32,000 nucleotides of DNA from Candidatus Pelagibacter sp. HTCC7211. GTDB taxonomy: Bacteria; Pseudomonadota; Alphaproteobacteria; Pelagibacterales; Pelagibacteraceae. The notes under the pieces are model-generated. The model was given only the letters and a program-made list of their open reading frames with translations, ran no database searches and had not been told where the DNA came from. Position 1 is the stretch's first letter. Each line of letters begins with the position of its first letter. A program made the translations under genes and the position numbers. Location of the stretch: the NCBI RefSeq assembly GCF_000155895.1, contig NZ_DS995298.1, positions 1,200,001-1,232,000 of the forward strand. Reading direction: 5' to 3'. Positions 1 to 8,013 of this stretch are shown here, piece after piece.

Positions 1-453
1 CCCGTTGGCTAAACAGGGTCCCGCTACAGCAGAAATTTTAGCATCAGCAATTCCTTTTTCTTTTAAAATGTTATCTAGTTTTTCTGCTAAAGTTTCAAAT
101 TTATTTTCAATTAAAGCTAAGCCTTTTGTTAATAGGAGAATATCAACTGATGGTTTATAAAATTTAGAGATTTCATTCCCTATCCATTCAATTCCTTTTG
201 AGCTAACTCCAACAACCAAGAGATCAATATTATTTTTAATTTCATCATTAAATTCTGAAAATTTTAAAACATTTATATTTTTTGGTAACTGACTTTTTAA
301 AATAGGATGAAAATTGTTTAAATTTTTAATTTCATCAATAACTTTATCTTCAAGAAATGAACCTACTAAAAAGACTTCATTTGAATTATCTGCACATGGA
401 ACAGAAAAAGCAGATCCCATTGCACCAGCACCAATAATTACAACTTTTTTCAT
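1..453 (-). CDS. gpsA: NAD(P)H-dependent glycerol-3-phosphate dehydrogenase-like protein, N-terminal 151 codons (3' end runs off the window)
   Basis: Absent from the ORF track because it is open at the window edge. My reverse-strand translation from the ATG at 453-451 gives MKKVVIIGAGAMGSAFSVPCADNS... (Rossmann GxGxxG) through ...ISAVAGPCLANG. This resembles the GpsA N-terminal domain. It lies at the end of a glycerol uptake/kinase gene string. Confidence 0.55.
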   Translation of the reverse strand, partial: MKKVVIIGAGAMGSAFSVPCADNSNEVFLVGSFLEDKVIDEIKNLNNFHPILKSQLPKNINVLKFSEFNDEIKNNIDLLVVGVSSKGIEWIGNEISKFYKPSVDILLLTKGLALIENKFETLAEKLDNILKEKGIADAKISAVAGPCLANG

Positions 454-456
454 AAA

Positions 457-813
457 TTATACGTATCTAAAGACAAATATTGCAAAAATAGTAGATAAAA
501 ATGTAGCAATCCAAAGATTCAAATCTGTGAGACCAAGCCAAGCTAAATGGATAAATGCTGCACTTAACAACGATACAAAAAGTCTATCTCCTCTAGTAGT
601 GTTCAGAGTAAGTATTCCTTTTCTAGGGTTGCCGCCCGGATCCTTTTTTTCCCAGAAATACATAGTTGTGATGCAAAGAGCTATAAAAATAAAAAAACTT
701 GCTGTAGGCCAAGTCCACGCCATCCATGTTATAAAATCAAAATCAAAAAGACCTTTTTCTTTTGGTTGTCCAACCGTAGACCAGCTAGATGCATGTAGTT
801 TTGTAAAAATCAT
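457..813 (-). CDS. Small integral membrane protein (DUF2160-like) associated with the glycerol-type ABC transporter
   Basis: 118-aa ORF with hydrophobic segments (WPTASFFIFIALCITTMYFW, LWIATFLSTIFAIFVF). ATGA overlap with the upstream permease gene. This type of small membrane protein accompanies rhizobial glycerol ABC transporter operons. Confidence 0.65.
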   Translation of the reverse strand: MIFTKLHASSWSTVGQPKEKGLFDFDFITWMAWTWPTASFFIFIALCITTMYFWEKKDPGGNPRKGILTLNTTRGDRLFVSLLSAAFIHLAWLGLTDLNLWIATFLSTIFAIFVFRYV

Positions 814-1610
814 ACTCTCCCCATTGCAAATCCCTTGGCAATGTAATTTCTTACAAAGTAAATTACTACTGCACCAGGTAAAATAGTTAAGCTTCCAGCT
901 GCTGCTAATAAACCAAGTTCATAACCTGATGTACTTGAGGTTCTTGTCATTATAGCTGCGATTGGTTTAGCAATTGTAGCAGTAAGAGTTTTTGCTAACA
1001 ATAATTCAACCCATGAAAACATAAAACAGAAAAACATAGTGATACCTATTCCAGCAGCTATTGTTGGAATAAAAATCTTAAAGAAAAATTTAGGAAAAGA
1101 ATAACCATCAACATATGCAGTTTCATCTAATTCTTTAGGAACAGCAGACATAAATCCTTCTAATATCCAAACAGCAAGAGGGATATTAAAAAGACAATGA
1201 GATAGAGCAATGGCTATATGAGTATCAAATAAATTTACTGATGAATAAAATTGAAAGAAAGGTAAAGCAAAAACAGCTGGTGGAGCCATTCTGTTTGTTA
1301 AAAGCCAGAAAAATAAATGTTTATCACCTAAGAATTTATATCTTGAAAAAGCATAAGCAGCAGGAAGCGCTGCAGATACAGAGATTATGGTATTAAATAC
1401 TGTATACATAATTGAATTTACATAGCCCATGTACCAAGTGCTATCTGTAAATATCGTTTTATAATTATCTAATGTGAAATCTTGTGGCCACAATGAATAA
1501 ACATTTATAATTTCAGTAGTTGATTTAAATGACATGTTTAGTAACCAATAAATAGGTAACATTAAAAAAATTATGTAGAATGTTGGTACCACCCATTTTA
1601 TTTTTTTCAT
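810..1610 (-). CDS. Carbohydrate/glycerol ABC transporter permease (MalG-like)
   Basis: 266-aa polytopic membrane ORF with an EAA-loop-like motif ETAYVDGYSFPKFFFKIFIPTIAAG. Overlaps both neighbours by 4 nt. Confidence 0.85.
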   Translation of the reverse strand: MKKIKWVVPTFYIIFLMLPIYWLLNMSFKSTTEIINVYSLWPQDFTLDNYKTIFTDSTWYMGYVNSIMYTVFNTIISVSAALPAAYAFSRYKFLGDKHLFFWLLTNRMAPPAVFALPFFQFYSSVNLFDTHIAIALSHCLFNIPLAVWILEGFMSAVPKELDETAYVDGYSFPKFFFKIFIPTIAAGIGITMFFCFMFSWVELLLAKTLTATIAKPIAAIMTRTSSTSGYELGLLAAAGSLTILPGAVVIYFVRNYIAKGFAMGRV

Positions 1611-2473
1611 GTTCTTCCCTCATTTTTCATCATTAAGCTATAAAAAACCCAACATATTAAAAGTACAATTAAAAAATAAATAAGTGACATAGCAGCTGCA
1701 GGTCCAAGATCAAATTGACCTAAGGCCATTTTTACTAAATCTAATGATAAAAAATTTGTTGCATTGCCAGGGCCACCTCCTGTTAAAACAAAAGGTTCAG
1801 TGTAAATCATAAAGCTATCCATAAACCTTAAAAGTATAGCTAAAGTTAAAACTTTTTTCATTTTTGGCAGTTCGATATATCTAAAAATATCCCATCTACT
1901 AGCACCATCTATTTCTGCAGCCTGATAGTAAGCTGGCTGAATTGAGTTTAAACCTGCATAAGACAAAAGAACAACTAAAGAGGTCCAATGCCAAACATCC
2001 ATAAGAATAGTTGTAAACCAAGCATCTCCACTCTGTTGTGTAAAATTATAATCAAAACCAAGTGAATTTAAAGAATTCCCAAGAAAACCTATGTCTGGAA
2101 GAGCAAATATATTCCACATAGCTCCTACTACATTCCAAGGTATTAATAGTGGCATTGACATTAAAATTAAACAAACAGGAACCCCCCAACCTTTTTTAGG
2201 CATAGTTAAAGCAATAGCTATTCCTAGAGGCAACTGAATTAAAAGAATTATAAAAGTAAATATAAATTGTCTTCCTAAAGATGCATGAAATCTTTCGGAA
2301 TGTAAAATTTGTTTGAACCATCTTGTTCCTTCCCATGCAAAAACGTTACTTCCAAAAGTTTCTTGGAAGGAATAGTTAACAACAGTCATTAATGGCACCA
2401 CAGCATTAAATGCAACAAGTACAAATACAGGAATAACAAAGAACCAGGCTTTTTGATTATATGTTTTGTTCAT
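1607..2473 (-). CDS. Carbohydrate/glycerol ABC transporter permease (MalF-like)
   Basis: 288-aa membrane ORF with the EAA loop QAAEIDGASRWDIFRYIELPKMKK. 1-nt overlap with the upstream ATPase gene. Confidence 0.85.
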   Translation of the reverse strand: MNKTYNQKAWFFVIPVFVLVAFNAVVPLMTVVNYSFQETFGSNVFAWEGTRWFKQILHSERFHASLGRQFIFTFIILLIQLPLGIAIALTMPKKGWGVPVCLILMSMPLLIPWNVVGAMWNIFALPDIGFLGNSLNSLGFDYNFTQQSGDAWFTTILMDVWHWTSLVVLLSYAGLNSIQPAYYQAAEIDGASRWDIFRYIELPKMKKVLTLAILLRFMDSFMIYTEPFVLTGGGPGNATNFLSLDLVKMALGQFDLGPAAAMSLIYFLIVLLICWVFYSLMMKNEGRT

Positions 2474-3537
2474 TATTCAATTATCCAATCGTCTCCATAT
2501 ACATAAGTATATTTTTGTTCAAAAGTTATATATGCACTGTCACTTGGTATTTCAGTAGAAGCATTGGCTAAAATTTTAATACTTCCGCTACTACACTCAG
2601 TATCAATTACTTTATGTCGGCCTGTATCACTAACTCTTTTAATCTTTACCTTAATTCCATTATCGGAAAAATTAATAAATTCAGGTCTAATACCTAATTG
2701 CGTTTTACTAAAATTTTTTTGTTTAATGCTGGTACTGTTAGGTATTATCTTTCCTTCAAAATTAATTTGACCATTTTCAATTTCACAAGGTAGAATATTC
2801 ATACCTGGAGAGCCGATAAAATGTCCTACAAAAGTATGTTTTGGTTTTTCAAATAATTCTACAGGAGTGCCTGTTTGAACAATTTGCCCTTCATGCATTA
2901 CTACTACTTCGTCTGCAAAAGTTAACGCTTCAATTTGATCATGGGTAACATAAATCATAGTTCGATTAATTTTTTGGTGTAATTCTTTTAACTTTGATCT
3001 TAAAACCCATTTTAGATGAGGATCAATAACTGTTAGAGGTTCATCAAACATAATTACATTCACATCTGATCTTACTAATCCTCTTCCTAAAGAAATTTTT
3101 TGTTTTCCATCTGCTGTTAATCCAGCAGCTTTATTATTCAGAGTTGATGTTAGTTCCAACATTTCTCCAATTTCTTTTACTTTTGTGTCAATTTCTGTTT
3201 TAGAAAGACCTCTATTTTTAAGTGGAAAAGCTAAATTTTCATAAACTGTCATTGTGTCGTAAATAACTGGAAATTGAAATATTTGAGCAATATCTCTCTC
3301 AACTGGGTTTAAAGCCGTAACATCCTTATCATCAAATAAAATCTCACCTTCGGTTGGTTTTAGTAGACCTGAGATAATGTTTAATAATGTTGTCTTCCCA
3401 CAGCCAGAAGGACCCAATAATGCATAAGCTCCTCCGTCTTTCCAATCAATATTAACTCCTCTTAATGCCCAATCTGCATCGTTACTTTGTTTTGATAAAT
3501 AACTGTGACTCAAATCTTTTAAAGTAATTTTAGCCAT
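2473..3537 (-). CDS. ABC transporter ATP-binding protein (MalK/UgpC-like), canonical Walker A/B and H-loop but degenerate signature motif
   Basis: Walker A GPSGCGKTT, Q-loop, Walker B VIMFDEP and H-loop YVTHDQ are present. LTADGKQKISLGRG occupies the position of LSGGQ. C-terminal regulatory/TOBE-like domain. Confidence 0.85.
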   Translation of the reverse strand: MAKITLKDLSHSYLSKQSNDADWALRGVNIDWKDGGAYALLGPSGCGKTTLLNIISGLLKPTEGEILFDDKDVTALNPVERDIAQIFQFPVIYDTMTVYENLAFPLKNRGLSKTEIDTKVKEIGEMLELTSTLNNKAAGLTADGKQKISLGRGLVRSDVNVIMFDEPLTVIDPHLKWVLRSKLKELHQKINRTMIYVTHDQIEALTFADEVVVMHEGQIVQTGTPVELFEKPKHTFVGHFIGSPGMNILPCEIENGQINFEGKIIPNSTSIKQKNFSKTQLGIRPEFINFSDNGIKVKIKRVSDTGRHKVIDTECSSGSIKILANASTEIPSDSAYITFEQKYTYVYGDDWIIE

Positions 3538-4594
3538 TGGTTACCAATCTGTTATTTGTATCAAAATACAAAAATTCATCCACATTCATAAATAATTTTG
3601 TATTTTCACCGATATTTTTCTGTTGCACACCATTTGATAATGAAACCCAATTAAGTTTTCCATTAGTAAAATGAATTAAGCTTTCTGAGCCACTTAATTC
3701 AGAAATCAAAACTTTTCCATTAATTTCAACTGAATTATTTCCTTCTTTGTATGTGGTTATATTGTGCGGTCTTATGCCTATTTTATAGTCTCCATCTTTG
3801 ATCTTTATATTTGACTTCCATTGGACATTATAATCCTTTAATTTGAACATCTCCCCACTTTTGCTTATCTCAGCAATGTTCATTGGAGGATCACTAAATA
3901 CTTTGGCTGAAATTAAATTTTCAGGTTTATTATAAACATTTAAAGTTTCTCCATACTGAATAACACGTCCTTCTAATAATGTTGCTGTGTTTCCACCTAT
4001 CATTAATGCATCTAAAGGTTCTGTTGTTGCATATACAACAATACAATCTCTATCTTCAAAAAGTTTAGGTAATTCTTCTCTTAGTTCTTCACGAAGCTTA
4101 AAATCTAAATTAGCTAATGGTTCATCAAGTAATATTAAATCTGAATTTTTTACTAGCGCTCTAGCTAAAGCAGTTCTCTGCTGCTGTCCTCCAGATAATT
4201 CATCAGGTTTTTTATTTAGCATAGCTGATAATTTTAAGAGCTCAGCAACTTTTCCCACTCTTTCTTTAATTTCGTCAGGTTTCACACCAGTAATTTTTAA
4301 CGGAGAAGCAATATTTTCAAAAACTGTAAAATTAGGATAATTAATAAATTGTTGGTAGACCATAGAGCAATTTCTTTTTTGAACTTCTTTTCCAGTAACA
4401 TTTTCATCATCAAACCAAATTTCACCTGATGTAGGCTTGTCTAGACCAGCCATAATTTGCATAAGTGTTGTTTTGCCCGCAAGTGTGGAGCCTAATAAAA
4501 CATTAATAGTGTTTTTTTCTAATTTTAGATTAGTTGGATATATATGAGTTTCTATTCCTACTTTTTTTTCAACATTTTTTAGTTCTAAACTCAT
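3530..4594 (-). CDS. ABC transporter ATP-binding protein (MalK/UgpC-like), canonical signature but H-loop His replaced
   Basis: Walker A GSTLAGKTT, signature LSGGQQQR and Walker B LILLDEP are present. The H-loop position reads VYATTEP, with no His. 8-nt overlap with the next ATPase gene. Confidence 0.85.
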   Translation of the reverse strand: MSLELKNVEKKVGIETHIYPTNLKLEKNTINVLLGSTLAGKTTLMQIMAGLDKPTSGEIWFDDENVTGKEVQKRNCSMVYQQFINYPNFTVFENIASPLKITGVKPDEIKERVGKVAELLKLSAMLNKKPDELSGGQQQRTALARALVKNSDLILLDEPLANLDFKLREELREELPKLFEDRDCIVVYATTEPLDALMIGGNTATLLEGRVIQYGETLNVYNKPENLISAKVFSDPPMNIAEISKSGEMFKLKDYNVQWKSNIKIKDGDYKIGIRPHNITTYKEGNNSVEINGKVLISELSGSESLIHFTNGKLNWVSLSNGVQQKNIGENTKLFMNVDEFLYFDTNNRLVTNG

Positions 4595-4629
4595 ATTTGT
4601 AAATTAATTATTATTTGTAATTTAGTTTT

Positions 4630-4655
4630 AAAAAAAGGGGGCAATAAATGCCCCC
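4630..4655 (-). terminator. Rho-independent hairpin (terminator/attenuator) between the binding-protein gene and the ATPase genes
   Basis: Minus strand reads GGGGGCA-UUUAU-UGCCCCC followed by a run of 7 U. It sits 27 nt after the binding-protein stop and 36 nt before the next start. Confidence 0.7.
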
Positions 4656-4681
4656 ATTTTTAAATTTAGATTAACCTTAGG

Positions 4682-6409
4682 TTACTTCCAAGCGTCTTTG
4701 TATGCTATAGTTTTACCTTGAGGTTTCTCATTAACTTTGGCTTTTGGTGAACCTGGCTGATTTAACCAATAAGAAGTTTCTTTTGGTTTATTAAGTCTTG
4801 GTCCACATCCACCGTACGCGTTACTAGCTTTGTCAGCAGCTTCCATACGAGACATAACTAAGTCCATCTCATCTGCAAGACGATCCATAGTTTGTTGTGG
4901 TGTAAATGTACCAGAGTTAACCTCTCCGATATGCTGCCACCATAATTGTGCTAGCTTCGGATAATCTGGAACATTGATACCTGTTGGAGACCACACATTT
5001 CTATTGTCTGATCTATAGAACTCAATAAGTCCACCTAATTCAGGAGCTCTCTTAGTGAAGTGTTTGTGATTTACAGTACTTTTTCTTACGAAAGTTAAAC
5101 CAACATCAGCTTTTTTAAGAGATACAGTTTTTGAAACTGCAAATTGAGCGTACAACCATGCAGCTTTTCTTCTCTCAACATCAGTAGACTTAAACAAAGT
5201 CCATGATCCAACGTCTTGATATCCAAGCTTCATACCTTCTTCCCAATAAGGTCCTTTAGGTGACGGGCCCATTCTCCATAAAGGCATACCCTCTGCATCA
5301 ACTACTTTATTATTAGGATTTTTTCCTACTAAAGAAGCTGTGAAAGCTGTATACCAGAAAATTTGCTGAGCAACATTTCCTGAAGAAAGAGATGGTAAAG
5401 ACTGATAAAAGTCCATAGCCGCTGCTCCTGGAGGTGCATAAGCTCTTAACCATTCATCCCATTTTCTAATTGCGTATACTGCAGCAGGGCCATTAGTAGC
5501 TCCACCTCTTGATACGTTAGCGCCAACTGGGTTACAAGAACCTTTTTCCATTCTAATTCCCCATTCGTCTACAGGCACTCCATTAGGTAGACCTTGACTT
5601 CCTGCACCAGCCATTGATAACCATGCATCAGTCATTCTCCAACCTAAGTCAGGAGCTCTTTTACCGTAATCCATATGACCATAAATATTAACACCATCTA
5701 TCGTCTTCACATCTTCTGAAAAGAATTTAGCAATATCTTCATAAGCAGACCAGTTTAATGGTACACCTAATTCATAACCATATTTAGCTTTAAATTGTTT
5801 TTTGATTTCAGGTCTATCAAACCAATCTTTTCTGAACCAATAAAGGTTAGCAAATTGTTGGTCTGGTAGTTGGTAAAGATTTCCATCTGGACCTGTAGTA
5901 AATTGAAGCCCTATGAAGTCATCTAAATCCAACATTGGATTAGTAACTGCTTTACCTTCACCTTTCATCCAGTCAGTTAAATTTACAGCTTGTTGCATAC
6001 GTGCGTGCGTACCAATTAAGTCTGAGTCATTTACATAGGCATCGTAAATACTTACGTTAGTTTGCATTTGTGTTTGAACAGCCATTACTACATCACCCTC
6101 TCCTATGATTTGGTGTTGTACTTTAATGCCAGTTATATCTTCAAACGCCTTTGTAAGAGTTTTAGACTCGTACACGTGAGTTGGTATACCTTCTGATACT
6201 ACTTTTAAAGTCATTCCTCTGAATGGCTTAGCAGCTTCATGAAACCACTTTAGCTCTTTCTCTCTATCTTTAGCAGATAAAGCAGACAAACTAAACTCAC
6301 CGTTAGACCATTTCTTAATTGCAGCCATATGACCATCTGCAAATGCACTAGAAATAGTTACGATTGAAAAAACAACAACTGCAAAAATATTTTGTAATGT
6401 TTTAATCAT
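4682..6409 (-). CDS. Periplasmic substrate-binding protein of the glycerol-type ABC transporter
   Basis: 575 aa with an N-terminal signal peptide (MIKTLQNIFAVVVFSIVTISSAFA|DG) and a strong SD (GGGAGAG) upstream. Large family-1-type SBP encoded next to glpK, as in rhizobial glycerol transporter clusters. Confidence 0.8.
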   Translation of the reverse strand: MIKTLQNIFAVVVFSIVTISSAFADGHMAAIKKWSNGEFSLSALSAKDREKELKWFHEAAKPFRGMTLKVVSEGIPTHVYESKTLTKAFEDITGIKVQHQIIGEGDVVMAVQTQMQTNVSIYDAYVNDSDLIGTHARMQQAVNLTDWMKGEGKAVTNPMLDLDDFIGLQFTTGPDGNLYQLPDQQFANLYWFRKDWFDRPEIKKQFKAKYGYELGVPLNWSAYEDIAKFFSEDVKTIDGVNIYGHMDYGKRAPDLGWRMTDAWLSMAGAGSQGLPNGVPVDEWGIRMEKGSCNPVGANVSRGGATNGPAAVYAIRKWDEWLRAYAPPGAAAMDFYQSLPSLSSGNVAQQIFWYTAFTASLVGKNPNNKVVDAEGMPLWRMGPSPKGPYWEEGMKLGYQDVGSWTLFKSTDVERRKAAWLYAQFAVSKTVSLKKADVGLTFVRKSTVNHKHFTKRAPELGGLIEFYRSDNRNVWSPTGINVPDYPKLAQLWWQHIGEVNSGTFTPQQTMDRLADEMDLVMSRMEAADKASNAYGGCGPRLNKPKETSYWLNQPGSPKAKVNEKPQGKTIAYKDAWK

Positions 6410-6479
6410 TAATCTCTCCCATATTTTAGTTAGTGTTTATTTTGATTAATTAAGTTAACTAAATTGAAGAGTGGAAGTC

Positions 6480-6507
6480 AAAAAAAAACTGAGACTATAA
6501 ACAGTTT
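6480..6507 (-). terminator. Weak candidate terminator after glpK
   Basis: Minus strand reads AAACUG-(10 nt loop)-CAGUUU followed by a U-run. The stem is short and AT-rich. Confidence 0.3.
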
Positions 6508-6526
6508 ACAATCAATGATTGAATAT

Positions 6527-8005
6527 TTAAGATAATGTTTTTTTAATTGCTCTGTTCCAACCTTGGATAAGATTTTTTCTAACTGAGCTATCAATTTTTG
6601 GACTAAAACCTTTGTCCACTTTCCAATTTTTAGCAATATCATCCAATGATTTGTAAACTCCGATTTGCAGACCTGCCATAAATGCTGCGCCCAATGCAGT
6701 TGTTTCGTTTACTTTGGGTCTTAAAACACTGGTGTTTATCGTGTCTGCTAAAAATTGAGAAAACCAATTGTTTCCAACCATCCCTCCATCAACTTTAATT
6801 AATTTAGGTTTTAATCCATCATTTTTCATTGCTTCAAATAAATCATAGGTTTGATAAGCGACAGACTCAATTGTTGCTCTTATAATTTCTTTTGGTCCCG
6901 TGTCTCTTGTTAAGCCTGTTAAAATACCTCTAGCGTTAACATTCCAATAAGGGGCTCCTAAACCTGTAAAAGCAGGAACTAAATAAATACCGTTGTTAGT
7001 ATCTAATTGTTTAGTAATTTTTTCAGTGTCTGAAGCTTTTTTTATAAATTTTAATTTATCTCTTAACCATTGGACACCTGCTCCTGCAATAAATATAGAG
7101 CCTTCTAAAGCATAAGTCGTTTTACCATTTATTCTATAACCTATGGTCGTTAATAATCTATTTTTAGAGTAAACTTTTTTAGATCCAGTATTTAAAAGCA
7201 CAAAAGCTCCAGTTCCATAAGTGCTCTTTACAGAACCTGTTTCAAAACAACATTGACCAATAGCAGCTGATTGTTGATCTCCAACCATTCCTGTAATTGG
7301 ATAAGAAGAGCCAGTAATTGAAGGATCTGTATAACCAAAATCAGCAGCACAATCTTTAACCGTTGGTAATATTTCTTTAGGTATATTTAAAATTTTTAAT
7401 ATTTGATCATCCCATTTATTTGTAGAAATATTAAATAACATTGTCCTACTAGCATTAGTTGCGTCTGTTGCATGATCCACACCTTTTGTTAACTTCCACA
7501 ATAAAAAACTATCAACAGTTCCAAACAATAATCTCTTTTTTTTAATTAAATCTCTAGCCTTAGGTACATTGTCAATTATCCACTTAATTTTAGTTGCTGA
7601 AAAATATGCATCAATTAATAGACCTGTCTTATTATAAATAATTGTTTCTTTTTTTAGTTTAATTAATTTTTTACAATACTCAGAGGATCTTCTATCTTGC
7701 CAAACAATTGCATTATAAACTGACTTTCCAGTTTTTTTATCCCACAAAATAGTTGTTTCTCTTTGATTTGTAATTCCGATAGTTAGTACTTTTCCTTTAA
7801 GCTTTTTACTTTTTTTAATAACTTCTTTTAAAACTTTTAAAGTAGTTTTCCATATTTCTTCTGGATCGTGCTCTACCCAACCATCTCTAGGAAAATATTG
7901 TGTAAATTCTAGCTGTGAAGTAAAAATAGGTTTTCCTTTTAAATCAAATAATATTGCTCTGCTAGAAGTAGTGCCCTGATCAATAGAAATTATAAATTTC
8001 TTCAT
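6527..8005 (-). CDS. glpK: Glycerol kinase
   Basis: 492-aa FGGY-family kinase. N-terminus IISIDQGTTSSRAILFD, internal GDQQSAAIGQ and overall length are typical of GlpK. Confidence 0.93.
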   Translation of the reverse strand: MKKFIISIDQGTTSSRAILFDLKGKPIFTSQLEFTQYFPRDGWVEHDPEEIWKTTLKVLKEVIKKSKKLKGKVLTIGITNQRETTILWDKKTGKSVYNAIVWQDRRSSEYCKKLIKLKKETIIYNKTGLLIDAYFSATKIKWIIDNVPKARDLIKKKRLLFGTVDSFLLWKLTKGVDHATDATNASRTMLFNISTNKWDDQILKILNIPKEILPTVKDCAADFGYTDPSITGSSYPITGMVGDQQSAAIGQCCFETGSVKSTYGTGAFVLLNTGSKKVYSKNRLLTTIGYRINGKTTYALEGSIFIAGAGVQWLRDKLKFIKKASDTEKITKQLDTNNGIYLVPAFTGLGAPYWNVNARGILTGLTRDTGPKEIIRATIESVAYQTYDLFEAMKNDGLKPKLIKVDGGMVGNNWFSQFLADTINTSVLRPKVNETTALGAAFMAGLQIGVYKSLDDIAKNWKVDKGFSPKIDSSVRKNLIQGWNRAIKKTLS

Positions 8006-8013
8006 TTTTGTGA

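Noticed and set aside
314-886. 190-aa + strand ORF from the track
   Set aside because: It lies entirely antisense to three well-supported minus-strand genes (the gpsA-like fragment, the DUF2160 protein and the permease end). It has no recognisable motif and its composition is typical of a shadow frame.
4682-6409. Locally GC-richer look of the two binding-protein genes (also 12766-13710) as a possible sign of horizontal transfer
   Set aside because: The enrichment tracks the coding regions of genes expected to be very highly expressed, and there are no flanking repeats, integrases or tRNA. Codon bias is the simpler explanation. It was not quantified.
6509-6521. Palindrome CAATCA-A-TGATTG right after the glpK stop
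   Set aside because: It has only 6-bp arms and no second copy in the window, so it cannot be distinguished from chance.
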